Positions 38,810 to 49,100 of a stretch of 64,000 nt of DNA are shown piece by piece. Below the pieces are notes generated by a model. It saw only the letters and a program-made list of their open reading frames with translations. It searched no databases and had not been told where the DNA came from. The stretch spans positions 3,008,001 through 3,072,000 of the forward strand of contig OZ223209.1 in assembly GCA_965140415.1 (NCBI GenBank). The letters are read 5' to 3'. Position 1 is the stretch's first letter, and every line of letters starts with the position of its first letter. The stretch comes from Myxococcota bacterium. GTDB taxonomy: Bacteria > Myxococcota_A > SURF-8. The position numbers and the translations under genes are program-made.

Positions 38810-39595
38810 ATGGCGGCGTTGCGAATAATCGAGGATCCTGAGTATAAGCAATATCACATCGAACTTTCTCGCTCGCTAAGCAAAGATGCGAAAATCGCCA
38901 TTATTCCCGGCGCACCGGAACGGGCGGAACTGATTGCTTCAAATCTGCAAAATCCGGTAAAAGTCGCTTCGCACCGTGGCTTGGATTCCTGGGTTGGGGA
39001 GCTAAAAGGACAGCCGGTGCTAGTGACAAATACCGGCATGGGTGGCCCAACGACCGAAATCGTGGTTCAGGAACTGATCCAGTTGGGAGTTACCACTTTC
39101 CTTCGTATCGGAACGACCGGCGCGATTCAGTCTCACATTCCAATCGGTTCCCTGATCGTCACCGAAGCCGCCATTCGACTTGACGGTTCTTCCGATCATT
39201 ACGCACCGCCCAATTACCCGGCAGCGGCGGATGTCGAACTGACAATGGCCTTACGCAACGCAGCGGAAAAAGAAAATGTAACCCATTTTTCCGGGATAAC
39301 CGTTTCTTCCGCCACATTCTATCCCGGGCAGGAACGCTATGATTCCGCGTCCGGTTACGTTCATAAGGCGTTTCAGAACTCGTTGGATGACTGGCGTTCG
39401 TTAGGTGCGTTGAACTACGAAATGGAATCCGGTACCTTGTTTACAATGTGTCGTACAATGGGGCTGCATGCCGGCTGTATCTGCGCGGTGGTGGCCAATC
39501 GGACACAATCGGAGCAGGTCCAACGCGACAAAATCCGGCGCGCAGAAGAAGATGCAACCCGCGTGGGACTGGCTGCGTTGGCAAACCTAATTTAA
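38810..39595 (+). CDS. udp: Uridine phosphorylase
   Basis: QYHI, IPGAPERA, TGMGGP, FLRIGTTGAIQ, TFYPGQER, NYEMES, VVANR. Confidence 0.93.
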   Translation: MAALRIIEDPEYKQYHIELSRSLSKDAKIAIIPGAPERAELIASNLQNPVKVASHRGLDSWVGELKGQPVLVTNTGMGGPTTEIVVQELIQLGVTTFLRIGTTGAIQSHIPIGSLIVTEAAIRLDGSSDHYAPPNYPAAADVELTMALRNAAEKENVTHFSGITVSSATFYPGQERYDSASGYVHKAFQNSLDDWRSLGALNYEMESGTLFTMCRTMGLHAGCICAVVANRTQSEQVQRDKIRRAEEDATRVGLAALANLI

Positions 39596-39613
39596 TAGGG
39601 CGTGGAGAAGAGA

Positions 39614-40273
39614 ATGCATATCCGATTATTACTCTGGGGGCTGGCTGTCGTAATGGCCTTTTCCTGGACTGGATGTTCCAAGCTTGTCAAATTGAAAAAC
39701 AAGGATGTGGAAATCGAATTTCGCACACCTCAAGGATTCAAGGGGCGTGGGGTAGGTGAAGTTCACATCTTACGGGATCGAAGCGTTTTAACGAACGATC
39801 GCTACGTCGAATGCAAAGGTGAAGTGGCCCCTGAAAACTACGTGGAATTGATACGCCGGCTTAACAAAATGGGAATCATCTTCATGAAGAGCGATCCCAT
39901 CCAGTTCAAAGACAAAGACGCGGTTTTTTCGTTGCGGGTTGCCGAATACAAAGGGGAGGACATCCGGCGTACGAATACGGTTTACTGGGAAGTTCCGGAT
40001 AAAAGCTTCCAGGACATCCTGCTGCGCCTGCACTGGATTCGAAGAAAAGTCGTTTTGGGTGGAGAATGTTACGGAATCCTGGGAAACGGCGCGGAATGCA
40101 TGCATCATCATCAATGCCGCTCGGAGTGCTGCTATCCTGTTACGAAAACCAAGCAGATCTGCCAGATGAAAGAAGATTGCGCGGATCTCAATGCAAAGGT
40201 TCCCAGGCCCAAAGAAGAAGTTGGATCTGTAGATGTTCAGATCGGTCCAGATTCCGTTGCCGCCAAGCCATGA
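39614..40273 (+). CDS. Hypothetical lipoprotein with Cys-rich C-terminal module
   Basis: Lipobox WTGC; GAECMHHHQCRSECC module; same strand and close to udp. Confidence 0.65.
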   Translation: MHIRLLLWGLAVVMAFSWTGCSKLVKLKNKDVEIEFRTPQGFKGRGVGEVHILRDRSVLTNDRYVECKGEVAPENYVELIRRLNKMGIIFMKSDPIQFKDKDAVFSLRVAEYKGEDIRRTNTVYWEVPDKSFQDILLRLHWIRRKVVLGGECYGILGNGAECMHHHQCRSECCYPVTKTKQICQMKEDCADLNAKVPRPKEEVGSVDVQIGPDSVAAKP

Positions 40274-40635
40274 ACCTGAACGCACAATACATTTTGCGAA
40301 ACGGTATTGCTTGTTTCGTTTGTTTGACTGCGTTCGCTATCGCTTTTGTAACTGTTGGCTGTGAACGAGAAAAGGCGGTTGAGTTCGAACCGAATGCCGT
40401 CTTTGTCGATTTCAGAATCACACCGGAGCAAGCCGCAACTGGCGTTCAGAAAGACGTTCGAGCACCAAACGGAACCGTGCTGACACTCATCGTGCCGAAA
40501 GGCGTGAAACATCTCACTCCGCTTAAACTGCCTCCACGAGCCGCGAAAAACTATGAATATCCATTGTACTTCCGCGTTCATGTCCTCAGAAAAGACGAGA
40601 AAATGCCTGATGATCCTCTTAATCGCAAGAAATAG
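40270..40635 (+). CDS. Small lipoprotein resembling one DnaJ C-terminal subdomain
   Basis: ATGA overlap with the upstream gene; lipobox TVGC; VDFRITPEQAATGVQKDVRAPNGTVLTLIVPKGV...LKLP...LYFRVHV. Confidence 0.55.
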   Translation: MNLNAQYILRNGIACFVCLTAFAIAFVTVGCEREKAVEFEPNAVFVDFRITPEQAATGVQKDVRAPNGTVLTLIVPKGVKHLTPLKLPPRAAKNYEYPLYFRVHVLRKDEKMPDDPLNRKK

Positions 40636-40643
40636 AGGTGGCT

Positions 40644-42419
40644 TTAAGTGTAAAACTGCTCCAGAATTTCCTGATACTTGCTGTCGATGTGCTTCCTTCG
40701 CAGCTTCTGAGAGGAAGTCAGTTCGCCTGTTTCTACCGAGAATGAATGCGGAAGAATGGCGAATTTTTTGATGGTTTCCGGGCTGGACAAGTCCCGGTTT
40801 TTGATCTGAATTCGTTCTTCTATCAGACGGATAATTTCCTGCTTGGCGCACAGATCCTCGAAATTCTTCGAAACCACGCCTTTTTCCTTGGCCCATTGCT
40901 CCACGTTCTGGCGATTCAATGTGATCAGTGCAGATAGAAAATTACGATTATCACCGTGAACGTAGATCATATCGATAAACGGATCCGCTTTCAGATGATT
41001 TTCCAGGGCTTGCGGAGAGATGTTTTTACCGCCGGAAGTAATGATCAGATCCTTTTTTCGGTCCGTAATTTTCAAAAAACCGTCCGAATCCACTTCGCCG
41101 ATATCGCCGCTGCGAAGCCACCCGCTTTGCAGCGCACGTTCCGTTGCCTCCTGGTTCCCTAAATAGCCTTCCGTTACAACGGCTCCTTTGATCATGATTT
41201 CGCCATCGCTATCCAATTGGATGTCGATTCCGGGCAGCGGTTTTCCAACCGATCCGGTTCTATAGTCATTCAGAGCGTTCATCGTCACCGCACCGGCAGT
41301 TTCCGTCATGCCGTAAGCTTCCAAAATAACCAACCCGGTTGCCAGAAAGAACTCGGCGATTTCACGTGGCAGCGGTGCTCCGGAAGAAACCATGAACTTC
41401 AAACGCGAGCCGAATTGCGCCCGGAAGCGATCGAAAAAAAGTTTTCGTGCGGCTTGATATTTCGCATTAAGCACCAGTGGAATGGGTTGGCGATTCTGCT
41501 GAAGCAGTGTCACTTGCTTCCCGATGTCCAGACACCAATGAAGTTTCAGTTTCTGGCTGCGTCCTTGCAGTTCGATTTCCTTCATCAGGTTCGAATAGAT
41601 TTTCTGAAAGACACGCGGAACGGCAGCGACCATATGAGGACGAACTTCTTCCAGATTTCGGAAAAGCCGTTCGTAGTTTTCGGCAAACGCGATTTTCAGC
41701 CCGGTGTAAAGATTCAGGTATTCCAGCGTGCGACCGAAAACGTGGGATAACGGAAGGAACAGCAGCGTAATTTCATCTTCTCTTACTTGAATAATGGGCT
41801 GTAAGGCATACTGTTCACTCAGTAATTGCCGATGGCGATGGATCACTCCAAGGTGTCCGCCCTGTGTGGAGGTATATACAATTGTGGCATCATCTTCAAT
41901 ACTGGCTTCCTTTGCCATTTCTTCGTATAAACCGGGTTTTTGCTTCCGACCGATTTCAACGACGTCGGAGAGAGAGAGCAGGTCACTATCGTCATCAGGA
42001 GCGGGACCTTCTATTAAAATGATTTTCTCGACCGACTGGAGGCGCTCCCGTACTTCCAGAACTCGATCCAGCAGCAATGAGTTTTCAACGATAACGAATT
42101 TCGATTGCGAATGGTTGATGATGTACTCGATCTCTCGCGTTGGACTGGAGTGGTAAGCGGGAACCACCACGCCGCAGCAACCGAGAATTGCCAAATCACA
42201 AAACACCCATTCTACTCGCGTATCTGAAAAAAGAAGAACGCGGTCTCCTTTTTCCAGTCCCAAACCACGCAATCCCTGGGCGATGTGCCTTACCGATTCG
42301 TAATAGCGGATCCAACTGATTTCCGTCCAGCGGTCTCCATTTTTGTGGAGAAGCGCCGTTTGATTGCTGGATTTTTCCACTCGCCAGCGGAACATCTCGT
42401 TGATGCTGGAGAACTCCAT
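40644..42419 (-). CDS. Long-chain fatty acid-CoA ligase-like AMP-binding protein with degenerate P-loop
   Basis: FLPLSHVF, AVPRVFQK, SGAPL, EAYGMTE, GSVGKP, SGDIG, ITDRKKDLIITSGGKNISPQ, GELTSSQKLRR; signature reads YTSTQGGHLGV. Confidence 0.88.
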   Translation of the reverse strand: MEFSSINEMFRWRVEKSSNQTALLHKNGDRWTEISWIRYYESVRHIAQGLRGLGLEKGDRVLLFSDTRVEWVFCDLAILGCCGVVVPAYHSSPTREIEYIINHSQSKFVIVENSLLLDRVLEVRERLQSVEKIILIEGPAPDDDSDLLSLSDVVEIGRKQKPGLYEEMAKEASIEDDATIVYTSTQGGHLGVIHRHRQLLSEQYALQPIIQVREDEITLLFLPLSHVFGRTLEYLNLYTGLKIAFAENYERLFRNLEEVRPHMVAAVPRVFQKIYSNLMKEIELQGRSQKLKLHWCLDIGKQVTLLQQNRQPIPLVLNAKYQAARKLFFDRFRAQFGSRLKFMVSSGAPLPREIAEFFLATGLVILEAYGMTETAGAVTMNALNDYRTGSVGKPLPGIDIQLDSDGEIMIKGAVVTEGYLGNQEATERALQSGWLRSGDIGEVDSDGFLKITDRKKDLIITSGGKNISPQALENHLKADPFIDMIYVHGDNRNFLSALITLNRQNVEQWAKEKGVVSKNFEDLCAKQEIIRLIEERIQIKNRDLSSPETIKKFAILPHSFSVETGELTSSQKLRRKHIDSKYQEILEQFYT

Positions 42420-42715
42420 CGATTCCTGCCTCCGGGTTTCTTGCTGCGTTCAGTCGCATCGAATTGAAGCACAGTCGCGATTTGCTGTCAAGACTCTGCC
42501 GCTATTTACTATTAACAGAGAATCAATGAAATCGACATTGATGAGAGTTTGCAGGCGTTATCAAGATTACAGTTACAAAAAAAAGGATATTGTGGTGTCT
42601 GTGATGTTTACTCCGTTTTTGAGTTATGCTATGTTTACAGAATAAGTTGAAACTGGCACTGGGCTAAAGAAACTGGGACAGCCACACACCTGTTGACGAA
42701 ACTTCTGTAAAGGAA

Positions 42716-44146
42716 ATGAACATGAACAAACTGTTGCTTGTTTTCGTGATCCTGTTTTCTGTAACCATTTTTGCTTGTGGTTCAGACGACGACACTATCG
42801 TAGACGGCGATCAGCAGGATGGCGACATCATCACGGATGGCGACCATGATTCGGATTTGGATACCGTTGATGGAGATTTGGAAGACGGTGATGTGATCGA
42901 TGTTGATATGCCTGATGGCGATCAGATTGATGGCGATCTGCCGGATGGCGATGTTTCCGATGGAGACGTAACCGACGGCGATGCTTCAGATGGCGATGTT
43001 TCCGACGGTGATGCTCCAGACGGTGATGTTTCAGATGGGGATGTGGTTGATGGAGACCTGGAAGATGGAGACATCTCCGATGGCGATCTGCCGGATGGCG
43101 ATCAGGTCGATGGCGACATAGAACAAGATGTAGAGCCGCAGGAAACCACTCCGCCGAATATCCGGGATATCCGCGTTACGATTACCGGCGAGTTCGCTTT
43201 GGAAACGGATTTGAATAGAGAAGATGGCTGGGTGGTCGTTCCTGTAGAAGTTGCCGGAACGATAACGGTATTTGTGACCGATAACGAAACGGCAGCGGCG
43301 GATCTGAGCGTCAAGGCGATCGATGCGGATTCATCCCAGGAATTCGGGGACGTAACAAAAACGTTCAATAACGGTTTGTGGCGTCTCGCTCTGAATTTGC
43401 AGCCGGGTATGCATCTGCGTGTTCTCGTGACGGATCTGGCGAACAATGATGCGCTGTCGGAGTATCAACTCATTTTACCGACTCAGTACGAAGCCATCGC
43501 CGGAGATTGGGACAAACGCTACTATCTGCCCGGACAGATCATCGACAATCATCGCTATGCCACCTTTGCAACGGATGGCAGTTTTCAGGAAGATCAGGAG
43601 GACACGGGAAACCTGATTACTGGAACCTATGAACTGGTGGATGATAAACTCAAAGTTTCCGAGCGCACCAGCACTCCAAGTACGCGAGACACCGACACCA
43701 ATACCGTGGAGCGTGAAACCGTAGCTGCGTTTTATGTCGATGCAACCTATTTCAGCCAGGATCCGTTTTTTAGAACGGATGGAAGCAGCGGTGTTGTTGG
43801 AAGCTGGCAGCGCAGCATGCAATCCTATGAAATCATAGGAGAACAACTGACTTTAGCGCGCGATGTCCAGGAAACGCTGGTATTCACCGAGACGCGCTTT
43901 ACACGGACCATCAGTGGAACGTCTTACGAAAGTGGTTCGGCGGAATCGATTTCCGAGGTCTACGAAGGCGATTGGGAAATCGACATCAACGAGAGCTACA
44001 TGGATAACTATGGCGATTATCTGGTATTGACGACAGATACGGAAAACTCGACTCCAATCGCCTCTCCGGTTATCACCGCCGATTTGTATGTCATTCGTGC
44101 CGATCATCTGTTGATCGCCCCATACCTGGACAATGACATCGACTAA
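42716..44146 (+). CDS. Lipoprotein with long DGDxx tract and beta-rich (lipocalin-like) domains
   Basis: Lipobox IFAC; about 19 DGD units; two domains starting IAGDW and VVGSW, with GTYE/GDWE strands. Confidence 0.7.
   Translation: MNMNKLLLVFVILFSVTIFACGSDDDTIVDGDQQDGDIITDGDHDSDLDTVDGDLEDGDVIDVDMPDGDQIDGDLPDGDVSDGDVTDGDASDGDVSDGDAPDGDVSDGDVVDGDLEDGDISDGDLPDGDQVDGDIEQDVEPQETTPPNIRDIRVTITGEFALETDLNREDGWVVVPVEVAGTITVFVTDNETAAADLSVKAIDADSSQEFGDVTKTFNNGLWRLALNLQPGMHLRVLVTDLANNDALSEYQLILPTQYEAIAGDWDKRYYLPGQIIDNHRYATFATDGSFQEDQEDTGNLITGTYELVDDKLKVSERTSTPSTRDTDTNTVERETVAAFYVDATYFSQDPFFRTDGSSGVVGSWQRSMQSYEIIGEQLTLARDVQETLVFTETRFTRTISGTSYESGSAESISEVYEGDWEIDINESYMDNYGDYLVLTTDTENSTPIASPVITADLYVIRADHLLIAPYLDNDID
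42803..43120 (+). repeat. Coding tandem repeat of DGDxx pentapeptides (15-bp period)
   Basis: DGDQI DGDLP DGDVS DGDVT DGDAS DGDVS DGDAP DGDVS DGDVV DGDLE DGDIS DGDLP DGDQV. Confidence 0.9.
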
Positions 44147-44196
44147 AACACTTGAACGGAATCGTGCGAACTGGTTATACAAACGGGATTGGCTTG

Positions 44197-46122
44197 ATGA
44201 ATTCATTTAGAAATGGGCTTCTGGTTGTCTGCATCCTCTTTTGGTTCGGTTGTTCTTCGAGCAGCGATCCCGGCATTATCGATCCCGGTGATTCGGATTC
44301 TACTCTATCCGATGCAGAATCGGTATCGGATGGAGATTTGGATAACGACATCGAATCGGATCTTGATCTGGACGAATCCCCACCTATTGATGGCGACGAA
44401 TGGGACGCTAACCCCGCTGATGGTGACCTAATCGAAAGAGATCTTCCTGAATTTGGGGAAGAACAAGACAATGACGGAGATGGGTTCCCTGATGGAGATG
44501 TGATCTCGGAGGGAGATGTGATCTCGGAGGGAGATGAATCATCGGACGGAGACCTGGAATGGGATGACGATCTACCGGATGGTGATCATTCCGAATGGGA
44601 TATTTCCGATGGAGATGAAGAATTCGATACCGATCCCGATTTCGAAGTGAATTATCCGATTGAAATCGACCAGTTCTCACTGATACAGAATCCGGCCAAC
44701 CTGCTTTCATACTATGTAGAATGGCGCACGTCCTACGAAGCAGCTTCTTATGTTCGGGTGCAATGTAGCGATTATCAGGCCGTCTTTTCGCAAGAAACCA
44801 TGGCAAGCAATCATCGACTGTTTGTGATGGGGTTTTATGCGGATGCCGAGTGTAGCTTGACCATTCGGGCAATGGATGATTCTGGGGGTTATGGTGTTCT
44901 TACTCAACAATTCACGGTAGCATCTCAACCCGACTTTTTGGTCGATTTAACCGCGACGATCCACGATGCATCCGCATTACAGCCGGGATGGACTCTCATC
45001 AATTTGAGCGACGGTTACGAGCGTTCCCCGCTGATTCTGGCCATGATCGACGAGCAGGGCCGCTATCGCTGGTATTACCGCCCCAATACCACCTTGCCGG
45101 GTGCCGATACGGATGTTCGCACCACCCCGGAAGGTGTGCTTTATGGCGGCGGGAGTATTTATCCGTCACAGGCGAACTGGGAAGGGCAACTGCTGTGGAA
45201 AAAGGGGCTTTACGTCCATCATCACATCGCTCCCTTCGAGAATCAGGGAACGTACATCTACTTGTCAGGAACGTCATCTTGTCCTGAAGTATTCGGCGGC
45301 CTGTCCTGTGGAATGGTGGTTGAATATGACATGATCAACAGCGTGCCGCTTTGGAAGTGGCGTCATTGCGAGCATTACATTCCGAATAGAATCGTTCGCG
45401 ACTGGTCGCACATGAACAGCGTGGAATCTTTTCCCGGTGAGAACGCATTGCTCGTCAGCAGTCGAGGGCAGCATTCCTTGTTTAAAATCGACCGTGACAG
45501 CGAGAATATTCTCTGGCGCATGGGGCAGGGTGGTGACTTTCTTTTGGATGATGAGGACTGGTTCTATCGCCAGCACGCTCCGGAAATTCAGCCGAATGGA
45601 AATATCCTGTTATTCGACAACGGCGACGCTGCAGACCCGCACAATCGCACCTATAGTCGAGCGATTGAAATCTCCTATCAACTGTTTGCCCAAAGCAAAC
45701 AAGCCGACGGCGACCTGGATTCCGATTTGGATACGGATTTCAGTGAAGAAAACGAGACTATCGAAGCTGATAACATAGAAGCCGGTGGCGATTCGGATTT
45801 GGATGCTATCGAGGCAGAAGGAGACGGTGAAATTGAAGAAGAATCGGAAACGCCGCCTTTAGGAAGCGCTCAGATCGTGTGGCAATATCGGCCATCTCCC
45901 GATCTTTTTACGGATGTTTATGGCGATGCGGATCGTATGCCAAATGGAAATACGTTGGTTACGTTCGGCTTCGAACGAAATGCGAATCACGATCCCAGCC
46001 GGATTCATGAAGTCACGACCGAAGCCACTCCGCGACTGCTTTGGGAATTGTCAATCCCGATTTCGGTTTATCGTGCCGAGCGCGTGGTCGATCCGCCTAA
46101 AGGATATTTCTTAGACGAATAA
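44197..46122 (+). CDS. Aryl-sulfate sulfotransferase (ASST)-family lipoprotein with two acidic DGD tracts
   Basis: Lipobox WFGC; ID.QGRYRWY, HH, DWSHMNS, LLVSSR, QHAP, ILLFDNG, YSRAIE, GDADRMPNGNTLV. Confidence 0.82.
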   Translation: MNSFRNGLLVVCILFWFGCSSSSDPGIIDPGDSDSTLSDAESVSDGDLDNDIESDLDLDESPPIDGDEWDANPADGDLIERDLPEFGEEQDNDGDGFPDGDVISEGDVISEGDESSDGDLEWDDDLPDGDHSEWDISDGDEEFDTDPDFEVNYPIEIDQFSLIQNPANLLSYYVEWRTSYEAASYVRVQCSDYQAVFSQETMASNHRLFVMGFYADAECSLTIRAMDDSGGYGVLTQQFTVASQPDFLVDLTATIHDASALQPGWTLINLSDGYERSPLILAMIDEQGRYRWYYRPNTTLPGADTDVRTTPEGVLYGGGSIYPSQANWEGQLLWKKGLYVHHHIAPFENQGTYIYLSGTSSCPEVFGGLSCGMVVEYDMINSVPLWKWRHCEHYIPNRIVRDWSHMNSVESFPGENALLVSSRGQHSLFKIDRDSENILWRMGQGGDFLLDDEDWFYRQHAPEIQPNGNILLFDNGDAADPHNRTYSRAIEISYQLFAQSKQADGDLDSDLDTDFSEENETIEADNIEAGGDSDLDAIEAEGDGEIEEESETPPLGSAQIVWQYRPSPDLFTDVYGDADRMPNGNTLVTFGFERNANHDPSRIHEVTTEATPRLLWELSIPISVYRAERVVDPPKGYFLDE

Positions 46123-46125
46123 GGT

Positions 46126-49100
46126 TCACGGCTGTCCCGAAACACAGCAAATGCAGCCGCCGGCGCAGACCTGATCGCCGCAGGCTGCATCCACGCTTTG
46201 ACTATCTGCGGGGCATCCCGTCATCCAGGAAGCGCAGAAACCGCCCAGATCTTCCACACAATCCGCTTGACCGGCTACACACTGACCTGTGCTATCACAA
46301 TGTCCACCGGGAATCTCAACCCCGGCATACACACAATCGCCACTGTCGCAATGGCTAAGTGTTTCCAAGCAGCCATCATCAGTATCTTCACAGGAACCGC
46401 CTCCGCAGTCTTCATCGCTAGTGCATCGATCCGGCGTGGCGATGCAGCATATCCCGGAATCACCCCGGATATATTCACAGCCCATTGATTCGCCAGCCGA
46501 TGCATATCCTGCCTGGCAGCCGATCTGTGGAGTGGAACAGTAGCCGCCGTAATTTGAATAGCAGGTAATCATGTCTTCCGGTAGACAGCAATGGCCATAC
46601 TGATCGCATTGCGGGCTTGCCGCCGGGCTATAGCCTGTCGGACACCCCCAGTAGTCAACACATTGACCACCGATGGACAAGCATTCATACTGTTGGCAAT
46701 CCGCACTGTTGCAGGGATTTTCTCCGAAGTCTTCATCACAGATGTCATCCCCGATTCTCAGGCAAATCGAAGCCGCAATATCGGCATAGGCGCATTGCCC
46801 TGTGGAATCCACGGATGCGACTTCCGCTTCGGTTAAACCATCGCAACAGTGTTCATCGGTTCCCCAGGATACAACATGTCCTTCGCTTGCGCAGTCAGAC
46901 GAATCCAGGATGCAGCAGGTAGGAGTCGTATAGGGGCAACCTCCGAGTTGACTTGAGGTATAACCGTTAATACAGTGCACGTCGCTTGACTCGCAATAGC
47001 CGTTTGAATTCGCACAATCTCCAAGGGCAAGGGGCATGCAGCATTGACCGTAAGTGCATTGGTGATCGGCATCGGTAAATGTGCTGTCCTGGGGACATTC
47101 CGGCCCCCAGCCGATGCAGAAACCGCCTTCTTCCTCACATTCGTTGGTAGGCTCGGGACGGCAGCAAAGTGCGGAACGTCCACCCGGACAACCCAGTTGT
47201 TCCGCATCTGAAGACGCTTCGTAGCCGTCGTCGCAACCTGCCAGGTAATGAGAACAATAGCCACCGGCCATTTCGCAGTCTGAATAATCGTTGGTCACAC
47301 AATGCAGGCTGTAGGGATCGCAACGGGCTTCCTGAACGCCGACATCATAAGCAACACACTCCGTATCTTCACATTGATGATAACGAAGAAGGCAATAGTC
47401 TGCACTGATACTCGGGTTACAGGCAGTTACGGGGCAGTCGGAATCCTGCAAGCATTCCGGTATTGGACCTTCGCAATCCGCGCTGTTGCACTCGTTTTCA
47501 TGGTTTTCTTCGTCGCAAAAGCCGTCTCCTTCCGAAATGCAAACAAAGCAGGAACAATCCGGGTACAGGCATTCGCCATTCGAACCGACTTCGGCCATCT
47601 CTGCGGCTTTCAGACCGTTGCAGCAAAAGCCATCCGGCATGATCGCCACACCGCCCAGCGGTGTGCAGGTGTTTTGTTCCGGCACGCAACATAGGGCCGA
47701 ACGGCCACCGGGACAGTCTTTGTCTACACCGCCACCCTCAACAAATCCCTCTTTGCAGCCGGTCTGCCACATCGTGCAGTAACCGCCTTCATCCAGACAG
47801 GCGGCATCCAGGCAACACATGGCGTCGCATCCTAAAGGATCTTCATTCAACGCTGAGCCTTCCGCGCAGGTGGCTCTCCCATACATGATGCATTCGCCGT
47901 TTCCTTCGCTTTCACAGACTGTCGGTCCCCACGGTTTGCATAAGCCGCTGGAAGCATCGCAAATCGATTCCGAAATAATTTCTTCGGCCATCGTGCAATT
48001 GCCGCTGGTCTGGTCGCAGCTGTAGCTTTGTTGGGAACAGACGGGAAAAACCGATGCAACCGGAAGGTCATAACAGGTGTCAAGCGGGCAATCAGAGTTC
48101 TCCTGGCATTGACCCGGAGTGGCACAGTCTTCGTAACAGCGGCAGTAGTTTTCACCCGGTCCGCAAATGCCATCTCCGCAATAGGTGCAGTAATGAGTTC
48201 CATCAGGCAGTGCGATGCATTGATTTTGCTCGTCTGGAACAGCATTACTGACTTCGTCCAATCCTTCACAACATTGGTCATTATCGGGCCAGTCATCAAG
48301 AATGTTGGTCACGCCACCTTCTGCGACACAAGGCGATGTGTCTTTCTCGCAACACCATTCTCCAGCATCACCGCCGAACAGATCACATTCCATGGCGCTT
48401 TGTGCCGCATGATAACCTTCCCTGCATGTGAAGTAGCTGTTCTGGGGATCTCCGGTTGGGCTGCAATAGCCACCGGAATTGTAACAGTCGATGGCCGAAA
48501 GAGGGATGCAGCAGACTCCCAGATCGCAAAGCCCGTCACCGCTTAACAAACGGCTGTCACTTGGACAGTTCGCGGTATAGTCGTTACAGCTTCCGCCTTC
48601 CTGCTGACAGATATTCATTGGGGCGTCGCCATCCGCAAGATCGCCATCGGTCAGGTCGCCATCGGTCTGGTCACCATCGGTGCTATCACCGTCCGTGGAA
48701 TCGCCGTCCACTTGATCTCCGTCCGCTTGATCGCCATCACCACTATTGGCAATACATGTGCCGTCCACGCACTGCCCGGGAGAATTCTCATTATCGAAAC
48801 AAGCCTCTCCATTTTGAGTGGAATCGGCGACCATGCGCCAGCCCCAGCAGTCTGGCGGGTCCATACGGAACGCCTGCCACTTTTTGCAGGTTTCCGGTGG
48901 CAGTGCAGGAGGATAGGTCGGATCATCCGGGCAACTCTGATCCTGATCGCTTTCTCCCAAACTGTCGGTATCGCCATCTTGGATCAGAATGCACTCTCCG
49001 GCCTGGCAAACGCGGCCTTCCGGGCAATCCCGGTCTTCCTCGCAGGGAAGAAATGTCGTCGTACTGCTTTTTTCACAGGCGTTTAGAATCAGGCCGAAAC

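Noticed and set aside
40066-40269. N-terminal extension of ORF 40066-40635
   Set aside because: It overlaps the upstream gene; the ATGA-coupled start at 40270 gives a proper lipoprotein signal.
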